DNA of 64,000 nucleotides from Clostridia bacterium (GCA_045591265.1 JAZNSQ010000014.1:69386-133385), one strand, 5' to 3'; positions 44,947 to 55,295 are shown, counted from the stretch's first letter. Notes: generated by a model from the sequence alone, not told the origin. Numbers and translations: made by a program.

Positions 44947-47900
44947 ATGACTAAGAATAGCAAAGTGAAATCTATAATTTCAATCATTCTTACTATCTGT
45001 ATGCTGTCAACATTCATTCCGGCAGTATATGCAGCTCAGAGCAATGAATATGTTGACCCTGCTGATTCGTGGTTATCGTCAAATAACCGAACTAACGAGC
45101 TTGATGTAAATGCTACTATCACAAACGAAACACAGTATTGTTGCGTATGTAGAAAGAATACAGCAGTAATGACATACCGTGTTCCCGAATACACAAAATC
45201 GGGAGAAACGGCACTTAATCGTGGTGTCAGATACTCAGACGGCACTCTGATTGATGGTGATGGCACAGGAAATCTTGACGATGGTACTCCCGGCATTGAT
45301 GCTTACTACACGGGTTATCATTGGACTAAGGCTGTATGTCAAACTTGCGGAACTATAAACTCCGGCAGCGGAGAAACGGAATACGGTTTTAATAATAATG
45401 TGTATGGCTTATATAGTTGCGACCATAATTTTTATTTGGATTTTGACAGCAGCACTTATGAGCCTTATAGCGAGGACTACCACCTTACAACATTAAAGCG
45501 TGGCGAATACTGCAAATTCTGTAAAGGTACATTTGCCCGTGCTTCAAGAGGACTTGAAGACCATAATTTTATAGAATCAGTAGATGCACAGCTTGGAAAT
45601 AATCGTTTCTATATCACGGAAACTTGCGATACTTGCGGATATGAAACAAGCGAATATGTAACGGCAAAATCCGTTATTACTTCCTACTACGGCACAGCAG
45701 ACGGCGAAGCTCATACACTTTCTGTATCTGATTTATCAGAAAGTGGTGTCAGAACTTCTATCCGTTATGGTACAACAGCCGATAAGTGTAACAAGACATC
45801 TGCTCCGAACTATACACAGGCAGGATATTATACCGTTTACTACGAAATTGATTATTCTTATGCCGGAGAGGTTATGACCGAAAACGGTGTATCGTATGTA
45901 TGGCTTATTGCTGATGAAGAAGAAAACAACTCAAACGGAACTATTGTTGTTCTTCCTACTGTTCACGAACACGAATATCATTATCTTGAAACTGTCAAGC
46001 CGAGCTGCACCGAGCTTGGGTATGAGAGATTTCAATGTTTAGGTTGTGGAGAGCTTGACAAGAGAAATTATACTCCTGCACTCGGACACGATTATGATGA
46101 TGTTGTAATTCGTGAAGCAACTTGTAAACAGGGCGGTCTTGTTCTTACCCTTTGTAAATCTTGCGGAGATTTCCACCAAACGACAACTGCAACAGGCGAG
46201 CATAAATACAAGGCTGTAAATCACAACCCGACTTGTCGTAATGTTGGATATACAGATAATATTTGCGAGGTTTGCGGATATAACTACATTACAAACATTA
46301 CTCCTATCATTTCTCACGCATACGAGCGTGTAGTTAAAGAGCCTACTTGCGTTGACAAGGGATATACAACCTCTACTTGTACAATGTGTGGTCTTAACTA
46401 TGTAGATAACTACACAGAAGCAACAGGACACGATTGGGACGAGGGTACTTCCGTTACATCTTCCACCTGTGAATCTGAGGGTGTTATAGAACATAGCTGT
46501 AACAACTGTGATGAAAAAATGATTAAGGCTACATCTGCAAACGGTCATAATGCCGGAGCTGAAGCTACCTGTACTACACCGCAGCTTTGCGAAGATTGCG
46601 GAACTGTACTTGAAAACGCAAAAGGACATAATTACGAAACTGAAGTTGTAGAGCCTACTTGCACAGCTATGGGATATACAACCTACACTTGTAGCGAATG
46701 TGGCGATACCTATAATTCTGATTACACAGACAAGGCAGAACATAACTATATTGCTGATGTAACAGAGCCAACCTGTACATCACACGGCTATACTACATAT
46801 TCCTGTGCTGATTGTGATGCAGAATATGTTTCGGATTATGTAGAAAAAACAGCTCATAATTACAAGGCTGTTGTAACTGCTCCTACTTGTACGGCTATGG
46901 GATTTACAACCTATACTTGCGAGGATTGCGGAGATAGTTATGTTGGAGATTATACCGATATGACGGAGCATAATTACAACAAAGAAACTGTTGAGCCGAC
47001 TTGCGAAGAACACGGCTATGCAATTTACACTTGCCCCGATTGCGGAAAGTCCTATATCGGTGATTACACAGAAAACAAGGAACATACCTATACCGAAACT
47101 GTAATTGCTCCTACCTGTACTGAAATGGGATATACCATTTTCAAGTGTAATGATTGTGATGATGAATATAAGGGCAACTACACAGACAAAATCCCTCACG
47201 ATTATTCAGCAGAAATTACAGAAGCAACTTGTACAGGTTTAGGATATACAACCTACACTTGTAGCGAATGTGGCGATACCTATAAGGCAGATTATAAAGA
47301 GCCTTTGGGACATACTCCTTCAGATTGGATTGTAGATGTTCCTGCAACAATCGAAAATGCCGGAACAAAGCATATTGAATGTACAGTATGTAATACAGTA
47401 TTGCAGACGGCAGAACTTCCGCAGCTTATTGATAAAGATAATTCTGACGAGGACGGCAACGCTGAAATCGGAGATTATTCAATTATCCTTACAGACGAAA
47501 ACGGCAAGCCGATTTTTAATTCAGAGCTTACCATTGATGTAAACGACAATGTATCAATCAAGCTGACAAACGGCAGACTTCTTGATTTTGAAACGCCTAC
47601 TACTATTACAGCGTTCTACACAGAAACACAGCTCCCGAAAGAAAACCTTTATATCAACATTGTAGATGCAAACGGCAACAAGGCAACGGGAACTACAAAC
47701 GCTGACGGACAGCTTATCGTTCCTAACGGTAAAACCAACACAGGCGATGATAACGGTACTATCGGTAAAGAAGAAAACGAAGAAAAAGAAACCTTTGTTA
47801 TCACAGTAACCGATAAGACAAATGTTGTAATTCCTAATTGCGACATCTATATCGGAGAAAGCAATAATGTTGTCGTTGACTTGCCGGACGGAATTAAGCC

Positions 47901-50379
47901 GACAAGAGAAAATCCTGTAATCGTTACAATCACAGACCATAACGGAAATCCGCAGAGTGATGTAACCGTAATTGCTCTTGGTGATGCAGATTTCATAGAG
48001 AAAGGCAAAACCGACATTTATGGAAAGCTAACACTTCCTACTGCTTCGGACGGATATACAGACGAGGACGGAAAAGTAAATATTGACGAGCTGAATGTTA
48101 TTGTAAATGATGAGCTTGGTGTTATTCCAAATGCTTATGTTCAGCACAACGAGGACGGCAGCATTACTGTAACGCTCCCCGATGAAAAGACTATCAGCTA
48201 TGCAAATAGAATTACAGTAACCGTGCTTGATTCTATTGGAGAAGCTGTTAAGGAAAAGAGTGTAACCGTAAAAGATATTACAGAAGCAACCTATACAGCA
48301 CTTACAGACGATAACGGAAAAATCGTTGTACCGCCTGTAAATACAGATATGACGGATTCTGAGGGTAAAGCGATTGTGAATGGCTACAATGTAGTTATCA
48401 CAGATGAAAGCAAGCCTATTGAAAACGCATATATTGAAATGATTGACGGCAAGGTAAATGTAAAGCTCCCCGATGGTGTTGTAATTGCTATTGAAAACAG
48501 AATTACAGCAACAATCACAGACAGCGAAAATGCACCTGTAAAAGATGTGAGCATAACATTTACAGACGGCACAGAAAAATCAGAAACAAACCTTACAGAC
48601 GAAAACGGCAAGGCAACCGTACCGCCAACTAACATTGACTATACAGATGTAAACGGATATGCAGAGGTTGACGGATATATCGTAACTGTTTCTGACGAAA
48701 CAAAGCCTATCGAAAAAGCATTTATCACATATAATGCAGAGGTTAAAAACGAAGATGAAACAGTAAAAACGGCTGCATATATTTCAGTTAAGCTCCCCGA
48801 AAATGTACTCTTTGACTATGCAAACAGAATTACAGTAAAAGTTCTTAATAAGGCAGACAATAATCCTGTTAAGAATATGGCTGTAACGATTGAGGAAACA
48901 ATCGCAGATGTTGAAGAAAGCACTAACGGAGAGAACTCGGAACAGACCGAAGATGGCGAAGAATCGGACGAAGAAGATGACACGCAGACACCGCCTGTTG
49001 CAAAAACATTAAAAGGTGTTACAGATGAAAACGGCTTAGTCATATTCCCACCTCTTAACGAAGATATTACCGACAATGACGGTAATTCTGATGTAACCGA
49101 TAAGAACGAACAGGACGGCACAGACACAGACGGCGATGGAAAGCCGGACACTCCGAGTACGGTTGTAGAAACAAAGTATGTTGTTTCTGTTAAAGACACT
49201 AAGGGTATTATTGCAGATGCTTTCGTTACTGTAAAAGACGGCAAGGTTTATGTAACACTTCCCGACACACATACTCTTACTACATCAAATCAGACAACTG
49301 TTTCCGTGAAAAACGAAAAAGGCGAAGCAGTTAAAAATGTATCAGTAACTATTACAGATAAGACTACATCAAAAAGCGGTACTACAAACGCTAACGGTGA
49401 GGTAACACTTCCTGTCAAATCTTCCGGCGGTGGTGGCTCATCATCGGGCGGTAGCTCCGGCGGTGGCGGTGGTGGCGGTAGCTACTATTCAACCGTAAAT
49501 GTAAAAGTAACCGACAAAGACGGAAAATCCGTATCTGTTACAAAATCTGTATCTTCCGACAAAGTAACTCTTACTCTCCCGACAGGAAAAACCTTAGAAG
49601 ATAATAACTACACAATTACCGTTACAGACAGAAACGGCAAAGCAAAGGCTGATTTCACGGTTGTTCTGAAAGATAAAAACAAGACCGAAGCAACAGGCAA
49701 AACAAATGCTGACGGTGTTGTTTCACTTCCGGCAGTAAAACATTCAGCATATATCTTTGGTTATCCCGATGGAACATTCAGAGCTGACGGCGATATGAGC
49801 CGTGCTGAAGCTGCTGCAATTTTCGCAAGACTTATCTCCGAAGAAAAGGGCGAAAAGATAAGCGGTAAATCCTCTTTCAAAGATGTATCATCAAACGAAT
49901 GGTATTCAAGCTATGTTGCTTACCTTGAAAAATACGATGTAATCAAAGGCTATTCTGACGGAACATTTAGACCTAATGATTCTGTATCAAGAGCTGAATT
50001 TGTGGCTATGTCTGTTAGATACTACGATATTTTCAACGATGTAACAAAGAGCAGCTACACCGTAAACTATACAGATGTTGCAAGCAGTTATTGGGCATAC
50101 GCTGATATTGCTTATGCAAAACATATCGGTTGGTTAAACGGATATGCAGACGGTACATTTAAGGGCGATAACAACATCACCCGTGCAGAAGTTGTTACAG
50201 TTGTAAATCGTGCAACAGGCAGAAACGCTGACGAAGAATATATTAAAGATAACTACACAAAGCTCAATCGTTTTACAGATGTAACCGACAGCAGTAAATG
50301 GTACTTTGCAGATATTCACGAAGCAGCTAACGAACACGATGCAATCGTTTCTGACGATAGCGAAACTTGGGTAAAATAA
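44947..50379 (+). CDS. Large SLH-anchored surface protein / adhesin
   Basis: Signal peptide, Cys-rich 38-aa repeats, TDxNG beta repeats, Gly/Ser linker, three SLH domains (GYPDGTF, GYSDGTF, GYADGTF). Confidence 0.9.
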   Translation: MTKNSKVKSIISIILTICMLSTFIPAVYAAQSNEYVDPADSWLSSNNRTNELDVNATITNETQYCCVCRKNTAVMTYRVPEYTKSGETALNRGVRYSDGTLIDGDGTGNLDDGTPGIDAYYTGYHWTKAVCQTCGTINSGSGETEYGFNNNVYGLYSCDHNFYLDFDSSTYEPYSEDYHLTTLKRGEYCKFCKGTFARASRGLEDHNFIESVDAQLGNNRFYITETCDTCGYETSEYVTAKSVITSYYGTADGEAHTLSVSDLSESGVRTSIRYGTTADKCNKTSAPNYTQAGYYTVYYEIDYSYAGEVMTENGVSYVWLIADEEENNSNGTIVVLPTVHEHEYHYLETVKPSCTELGYERFQCLGCGELDKRNYTPALGHDYDDVVIREATCKQGGLVLTLCKSCGDFHQTTTATGEHKYKAVNHNPTCRNVGYTDNICEVCGYNYITNITPIISHAYERVVKEPTCVDKGYTTSTCTMCGLNYVDNYTEATGHDWDEGTSVTSSTCESEGVIEHSCNNCDEKMIKATSANGHNAGAEATCTTPQLCEDCGTVLENAKGHNYETEVVEPTCTAMGYTTYTCSECGDTYNSDYTDKAEHNYIADVTEPTCTSHGYTTYSCADCDAEYVSDYVEKTAHNYKAVVTAPTCTAMGFTTYTCEDCGDSYVGDYTDMTEHNYNKETVEPTCEEHGYAIYTCPDCGKSYIGDYTENKEHTYTETVIAPTCTEMGYTIFKCNDCDDEYKGNYTDKIPHDYSAEITEATCTGLGYTTYTCSECGDTYKADYKEPLGHTPSDWIVDVPATIENAGTKHIECTVCNTVLQTAELPQLIDKDNSDEDGNAEIGDYSIILTDENGKPIFNSELTIDVNDNVSIKLTNGRLLDFETPTTITAFYTETQLPKENLYINIVDANGNKATGTTNADGQLIVPNGKTNTGDDNGTIGKEENEEKETFVITVTDKTNVVIPNCDIYIGESNNVVVDLPDGIKPTRENPVIVTITDHNGNPQSDVTVIALGDADFIEKGKTDIYGKLTLPTASDGYTDEDGKVNIDELNVIVNDELGVIPNAYVQHNEDGSITVTLPDEKTISYANRITVTVLDSIGEAVKEKSVTVKDITEATYTALTDDNGKIVVPPVNTDMTDSEGKAIVNGYNVVITDESKPIENAYIEMIDGKVNVKLPDGVVIAIENRITATITDSENAPVKDVSITFTDGTEKSETNLTDENGKATVPPTNIDYTDVNGYAEVDGYIVTVSDETKPIEKAFITYNAEVKNEDETVKTAAYISVKLPENVLFDYANRITVKVLNKADNNPVKNMAVTIEETIADVEESTNGENSEQTEDGEESDEEDDTQTPPVAKTLKGVTDENGLVIFPPLNEDITDNDGNSDVTDKNEQDGTDTDGDGKPDTPSTVVETKYVVSVKDTKGIIADAFVTVKDGKVYVTLPDTHTLTTSNQTTVSVKNEKGEAVKNVSVTITDKTTSKSGTTNANGEVTLPVKSSGGGGSSSGGSSGGGGGGGSYYSTVNVKVTDKDGKSVSVTKSVSSDKVTLTLPTGKTLEDNNYTITVTDRNGKAKADFTVVLKDKNKTEATGKTNADGVVSLPAVKHSAYIFGYPDGTFRADGDMSRAEAAAIFARLISEEKGEKISGKSSFKDVSSNEWYSSYVAYLEKYDVIKGYSDGTFRPNDSVSRAEFVAMSVRYYDIFNDVTKSSYTVNYTDVASSYWAYADIAYAKHIGWLNGYADGTFKGDNNITRAEVVTVVNRATGRNADEEYIKDNYTKLNRFTDVTDSSKWYFADIHEAANEHDAIVSDDSETWVK

Positions 50380-50530
50380 CTTACGCTTTGTGGGGCAATT
50401 TCAAAATTGCCCCCTTTGCTTTGTCAAAAAAATTTTTTCTTCTGAAAATTTTTTGCGTTTGTTTTAGATTGCCTATATAATGAAATCAGAGGACAAACAA
50501 AAATATATTTTCTTAAAGGAGGAAATAACA

Positions 50531-51037
50531 ATGACAAGGAAAATTTTATGTTTAGTAATGGCGGTTTTGATGCTCGGAGGTGCATTTACCGTATCAGCAA
50601 ATTGCAGTACAGAGGACTTACCAATCGGGTATTACAACATTGTGTACGCAAATAGATATGTGTTTTTCGCTTCTGACGGCGGTACATATATCAGACCACT
50701 TGAATTAGCTCGTGGAACAGCAGTAAATCTCAACGAATATGTACCTACAAAAAACGGATATATATTTGACGGTTGGTATTCTGACCCACGCACAAAGGTT
50801 GAGCGTGTAAATGAAATCGTGCTTAACGAAAACATCACCGTGTATGCAAAGTGGCTTGATGATGGCACTCCAAAGCAGACAGAGGACACACGCATTTACG
50901 CAACCAACAAAGAAATAATGCAGTATGGTAATCATATTGACGAAAAGACAGGTGTTTCCGTAACTGCTTTGTGGGTACAGCAAAATGAAAGGCTGCAAGC
51001 CTTGATGAAGCTGTACAATGAAAAATTTAATAAGTAA
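50531..51037 (+). CDS. Secreted InlB B-repeat protein
   Basis: Signal peptide; PTKNGYIFDGWYSD...ITVYAKW. Confidence 0.8.
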   Translation: MTRKILCLVMAVLMLGGAFTVSANCSTEDLPIGYYNIVYANRYVFFASDGGTYIRPLELARGTAVNLNEYVPTKNGYIFDGWYSDPRTKVERVNEIVLNENITVYAKWLDDGTPKQTEDTRIYATNKEIMQYGNHIDEKTGVSVTALWVQQNERLQALMKLYNEKFNK

Positions 51038-51119
51038 ATCAAAGAGGATAGGTTTTTAAGATCTATCCTCTTTGTAATTTAAGAAAGAAGGTGTTGACGA
51101 TGAAATTATCAACGGTTAG

Positions 51120-53057
51120 ATGGGATTCAAGTTGAACAGACAGAATGATACAAAGACCTTAATAATTCTTTTTTCTGTTCTATCTCCTGTTGTAGCTTGG
51201 CTTGCCCTTGTTGTTGCAAGCTGTTACGAAAAAGGTATTAAGCTGTTTGACCTTATTGACAGGCTGACAGCAACTCTTGAAAATCCATTTAATATTTCTC
51301 TTAATGAGTATAGTCTGAAAACTGTACTCATTTTTCTTTTTCTCTACCTTATGGGAATTGGTGTGTATTTTTCCTCACGGGAAAATCGCAGACCGGGCGA
51401 AGAACACGGCTCTGCTAAGTGGGGTATTGTTTCAGCCATTGTCAAAAGGTATGCTGACCGAACTGATAAATTTCAAAATCTACTTTTATCCCAAAATATG
51501 CGAATAGGCTTGAACGCAAAGAAACACCGCAGGAACTTGAATGTTCTTGTTGTCGGTGGTTCGGGTGCAGGAAAAACCCGATTTTATGCAAAACCAAACA
51601 TTATGCAATGTAATACATCTTTTGTTATTGCAGACCCGAAAGGCGAAATTTTGCGTGCTGTTGCTCCGCTTTTGTTGGAGCAAGGTTATGACATAAAGGT
51701 TTTTAATCTGATAAATCCGCAGGATTCAGACGGCTACAATCCCTTTGTTTATGTTCGTACCGATGAAGATGTTATAAAGCTGATTACAAACCTTATTCAG
51801 AATACAACACCTAAAAACGCACAGCAGAATGACCCCTTTTGGGAAAAGTCGGAAATCGCTCTTGATACAGCTTTAATGCTTTATCTTTTGCACGAAGCTC
51901 CACCCGAAGAACAGACATTTGAAATGCTTATGTTTTTAATTGAAAATGCTGCAACCGTTGAGGACGATGACGAGGGTTATCAATCTCCTGTTGATATGCT
52001 TTTTGAAGCATTAGAGGACGAAAAACCCGAACATATCGCCTTGAAACAGTATAAGATTTTCAAACAGGCATCGGGCAAAACGGCTAAGTCGATACTTATA
52101 TCAGCAGCAGTTAGACTTGCTGCATTTAATCTGCCGGAAATTGCAAAAATGACCTCTTATGATAATCTTGACTTGGGAGAGCTTGGAGAGAAAAAACGAG
52201 CCATTTTCTGTGTTATTCCCGATAACGACAATTCGTTTAATTATCTTGTAGGTATGCTCTATACGCAAGCGTTTCAAGAGCTTTATTACAAGGCAGACCA
52301 CGAACACGGCGGAGAGTTGCCTGTTCCTGTTCATTTCGTGATGGACGAATTTGCTAATGTAGCTTTGCCCGATAATTTTGAAAGATTGCTTGCTACAATG
52401 CGTTCACGGCGAATATCTGTAAGTATTATTATTCAGAATATGGCACAGCTTAAAGCTCTATTCAAAGACAGTTGGGAAAGTTTAGTCGGAAACTGTGATA
52501 CAATGCTGTATTTGGGTGGTAATGAGCAATCCACGCACGAATATATCTCTAAAATGCTTGGAAAAGAAACCATTGACACCCGAACAAGAGGAATAACCAA
52601 AGGACAGCACGGCAGCAGTAACACGAACTACCAAAATGCAGGTCGTGAACTCTTAACGCTTGACGAAGTTCGCTTGCTTGATAACAGCAACGCACTTATT
52701 TTTATTCGTGGTGAAAAACCAATTATGGATAAAAAGTTTGACATTTTAACGCACCCGAATATTAAGAAAACCGTTGATGGCGGTGCTATGCCTTATGTTC
52801 ACAGTAAGAGCAGTAAATTTCTTAAAGACACACTTTCCGTTAAACTTGACGAGGTTGACGGCGAAATCATACTCAGCGAGGAAACAATTAAAAGCTCCGG
52901 CATTACCTTTGTGGATATGCCTGTACATCAAGAACAAGAACAAGAGGAAAAGAAAGAGAAAATGCCACTCAAAGAGCGAGTTAAATCGCTTATTATCAGA
53001 ACACTCAAATCAATTAAAACAAATTTATGGAGGTTATTGCGAAATGAAAAGAAATAA
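51120..53057 (+). CDS. virD4: VirD4/TraG coupling protein
   Basis: EHGSAKW, GGSGAGKT, DPKGE, MDEFAN, QNMAQL; true start may be TTG at 51132. Confidence 0.95.
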   Translation: MGFKLNRQNDTKTLIILFSVLSPVVAWLALVVASCYEKGIKLFDLIDRLTATLENPFNISLNEYSLKTVLIFLFLYLMGIGVYFSSRENRRPGEEHGSAKWGIVSAIVKRYADRTDKFQNLLLSQNMRIGLNAKKHRRNLNVLVVGGSGAGKTRFYAKPNIMQCNTSFVIADPKGEILRAVAPLLLEQGYDIKVFNLINPQDSDGYNPFVYVRTDEDVIKLITNLIQNTTPKNAQQNDPFWEKSEIALDTALMLYLLHEAPPEEQTFEMLMFLIENAATVEDDDEGYQSPVDMLFEALEDEKPEHIALKQYKIFKQASGKTAKSILISAAVRLAAFNLPEIAKMTSYDNLDLGELGEKKRAIFCVIPDNDNSFNYLVGMLYTQAFQELYYKADHEHGGELPVPVHFVMDEFANVALPDNFERLLATMRSRRISVSIIIQNMAQLKALFKDSWESLVGNCDTMLYLGGNEQSTHEYISKMLGKETIDTRTRGITKGQHGSSNTNYQNAGRELLTLDEVRLLDNSNALIFIRGEKPIMDKKFDILTHPNIKKTVDGGAMPYVHSKSSKFLKDTLSVKLDEVDGEIILSEETIKSSGITFVDMPVHQEQEQEEKKEKMPLKERVKSLIIRTLKSIKTNLWRLLRNEKK

Positions 53058-53367
53058 CAAAATCGAAAAAATATCTGCTATTCTCAGAAAGACAAAAATG
53101 GTGCTTGTATCTATGATGCTTATGCTTGCAATGATGTCAAACACCGCACTTGCTGCTGACCCGTTGGCAACAATAAACAGCTTATCAAACTTTATCTTCT
53201 CGGCAATAAAAGCTATCGGTCTTATTCTTCTCGGCTTCGGTATTGTGCAGATTGGTTTATCGCTTAAATCCCACGATGCTTCACAGAGAGCAAACGGCTT
53301 CTTGACATTCTTCGGCGGTGTTATTATCGCTTTTGCAAAGGATATTTTGGACTTAATTATGGCTTAA
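53044..53367 (+). CDS. VirB2/Maff2-like pilin-type membrane protein
   Basis: Signal-like N-terminus, two hydrophobic helices, SHDASQRANG. Confidence 0.75.
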   Translation: MKRNNKIEKISAILRKTKMVLVSMMLMLAMMSNTALAADPLATINSLSNFIFSAIKAIGLILLGFGIVQIGLSLKSHDASQRANGFLTFFGGVIIAFAKDILDLIMA

Positions 53368-53428
53368 CTATAAATCGGAGTTGCCGCCCCCTTTCGTGGT
53401 GGCAACTCACATAAGGAGGTGAATACTT

Positions 53429-54268
53429 TTGAGCGATAATTGGATTGTTGCCAATCTTGAAAATGCGTTTAGCACTTGGAATGACAAAATGGCAGAAATA
53501 TGGACTTTGATAACAACCTCTCCGCAAAGCTTCAAAGGCGGTACAATATGGAGCGTTGTCGAGGGCATAAACGGTGGACTTCAAGCTATCGGCTACGGCT
53601 TGCTTGTTCTGTTTTTTGCTATGAGCGTATTCAAAAGCACGGCATCTTTTCGGGACTTTCAACGGCCCGAATATGCCTTAAAGCATTTTATACGCTTTGT
53701 CGCTGCAAAAGTGGCTATAACCTACGCTATGGATTTAATGGTGGCATTATATACGATTTGCGGTGGAGTTGTACAGCAGATTGCGACAAGTCTTGGCGGT
53801 TTTGGTGCAGCTTCGGTTACACTTCCGGCAGCTATCGAAACAGCCGTTGAAGATGCAGGATTTTGGGCAAGCATACCCTTATGGCTTGTTACAATCTTAG
53901 GTAGCTTGTTTATAACCATTATGTCATTCATTATGATAATGAGCGTGTACGGACGGTTTTTCCGCTTGTATATGTACACCGCATTAGCTCCCGTTCCTCT
54001 TTCTTCCTTTGCCGGAGAAGGCACGGCAGAAATGGGAAAACACTTTGTAAAATCCTATGTGGGTGTATGTCTTGAGGGAGCTGTAATTGTGCTTGCTTGC
54101 ATTATTTTCTCAGCCTTTTCAAGTGCAAGCACACCAACACTTGATACAAGCATTACAACCGTAACAATGATATGGAAATACATTGGCGAGGTAATTTTTA
54201 ATATGCTTGTTCTTGTTGGTCTTATAAAAGGCTCGGATAGAATTATAAAAGAAATGCTTGGAACATAA
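53429..54268 (+). CDS. VirB6/TrbL-like conjugation membrane protein
   Basis: Multi-TM; YGRFFRLYMYTALAPVPLSSFAGE; TTG start with SD. Confidence 0.85.
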   Translation: MSDNWIVANLENAFSTWNDKMAEIWTLITTSPQSFKGGTIWSVVEGINGGLQAIGYGLLVLFFAMSVFKSTASFRDFQRPEYALKHFIRFVAAKVAITYAMDLMVALYTICGGVVQQIATSLGGFGAASVTLPAAIETAVEDAGFWASIPLWLVTILGSLFITIMSFIMIMSVYGRFFRLYMYTALAPVPLSSFAGEGTAEMGKHFVKSYVGVCLEGAVIVLACIIFSAFSSASTPTLDTSITTVTMIWKYIGEVIFNMLVLVGLIKGSDRIIKEMLGT

Positions 54269-54282
54269 GGAGGATTTTTATT

Positions 54283-54870
54283 ATGAGTTATAACAATGTA
54301 GCAATCAGTAGTGATGACCCGAAAGCTATTGAAAAGCTGACCGAAAAACTTGAAAAATGTCAAGAGAAACAGGACTTTATGAAAAAAGTCAATGCTTATT
54401 ACAAGAAAAACGGCACTTGTCTTGGCTGTGAGGGACTTAACGAACAACAGGCACGAAAACTTGACATTGATGTTCAGACAGGTTATTCGTGGGAAAAACA
54501 GCCGTTTCCGTCATACAAGCTGACAAATAACAGTAGCGAAATTCGCAGATTGAAAAAGCGTATTGAACAGCTTACCGCAAATAAGGAAACAGGCTTTGTC
54601 GGTTGGCAGTTTGAGGGCGGTGAAGCTGTAATCAATGAGGAAAAAAACCGTTTGCAGCTTCTCTTTGATGAAAAGCCGAGTGATGCAGAACGAGCCGCAC
54701 TAAAAGCAAATGGCTTTAAGTGGGCGCCGTCTGACGGAGCGTGGCAAAGACAGCTCAACAGCAACGCTTTTTATGCTGCAAACAGAATTGATTTTATTCA
54801 GCCGGATAACGGTAAAAAGCCTACTGAGTTGCAACCGAAAGCACCTAAAAAGAATGAGCCGGAAAGATAA
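54283..54870 (+). CDS. Soluble DUF3560-like polyvalent-protein domain, KNEPER tail
   Basis: AISSDDPKAIEKL, LTNNSSEIRRLKKRIEQL, NRLQLLFDEKP..LKANGFKWAPS. Confidence 0.75.
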   Translation: MSYNNVAISSDDPKAIEKLTEKLEKCQEKQDFMKKVNAYYKKNGTCLGCEGLNEQQARKLDIDVQTGYSWEKQPFPSYKLTNNSSEIRRLKKRIEQLTANKETGFVGWQFEGGEAVINEEKNRLQLLFDEKPSDAERAALKANGFKWAPSDGAWQRQLNSNAFYAANRIDFIQPDNGKKPTELQPKAPKKNEPER

Positions 54871-54878
54871 GGAGGTAT

Positions 54879-55295
54879 TTGATTTTGGAAATTCGTATCA
54901 ATAAAGAAATCAAAGACTATCACGAAAGCCTGTTTTTTGGTTTGTCAATGCGACAGTTCGCTTGTTCACTTGCTGCTGTTGGTGCTGCTGTGGGTATTTA
55001 CTTCGGACTTAGTAAGGTGCTTGACAAGGAAACGGTTTCGTGGCTTTGTATCGTCTGTGCTGCACCGTTGGCAGCAGCAGGATTTTTCAAATACAACGGA
55101 ATGAATTTTGAGCAGTTTATAGTAGCTTTTGTTTACAGCGAATTTCTGTGTTCGGGAGTTCGCCCATACAAGAGTGAAAATTATTTGTATGAAGCATATA
55201 AGGAGGTTTTAGCTGATGTTCCTGTTCGGAAAGAAAAAGGTAAAAAAGGAAAAAAGAAAAATACCGAAATCAGTACAGCAATCAATACCGATTGA
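54879..55295 (+). CDS. prgI: PrgI (VirB3-like)
   Basis: INKEIKDYHESLFFGLSMRQ, FKYNGMNFEQF. Confidence 0.9.
   Translation: MILEIRINKEIKDYHESLFFGLSMRQFACSLAAVGAAVGIYFGLSKVLDKETVSWLCIVCAAPLAAAGFFKYNGMNFEQFIVAFVYSEFLCSGVRPYKSENYLYEAYKEVLADVPVRKEKGKKGKKKNTEISTAINTD

Noticed and set aside
46039-47940. Long antisense ORFs opposite the SLH gene, and similar ones at 27199-27723, 32536-32997 and 60577-61179
   Set aside because: No SD or recognisable motifs; shadows of biased sense-strand codon usage, unlike the nested TnpV which has family motifs and expression signals
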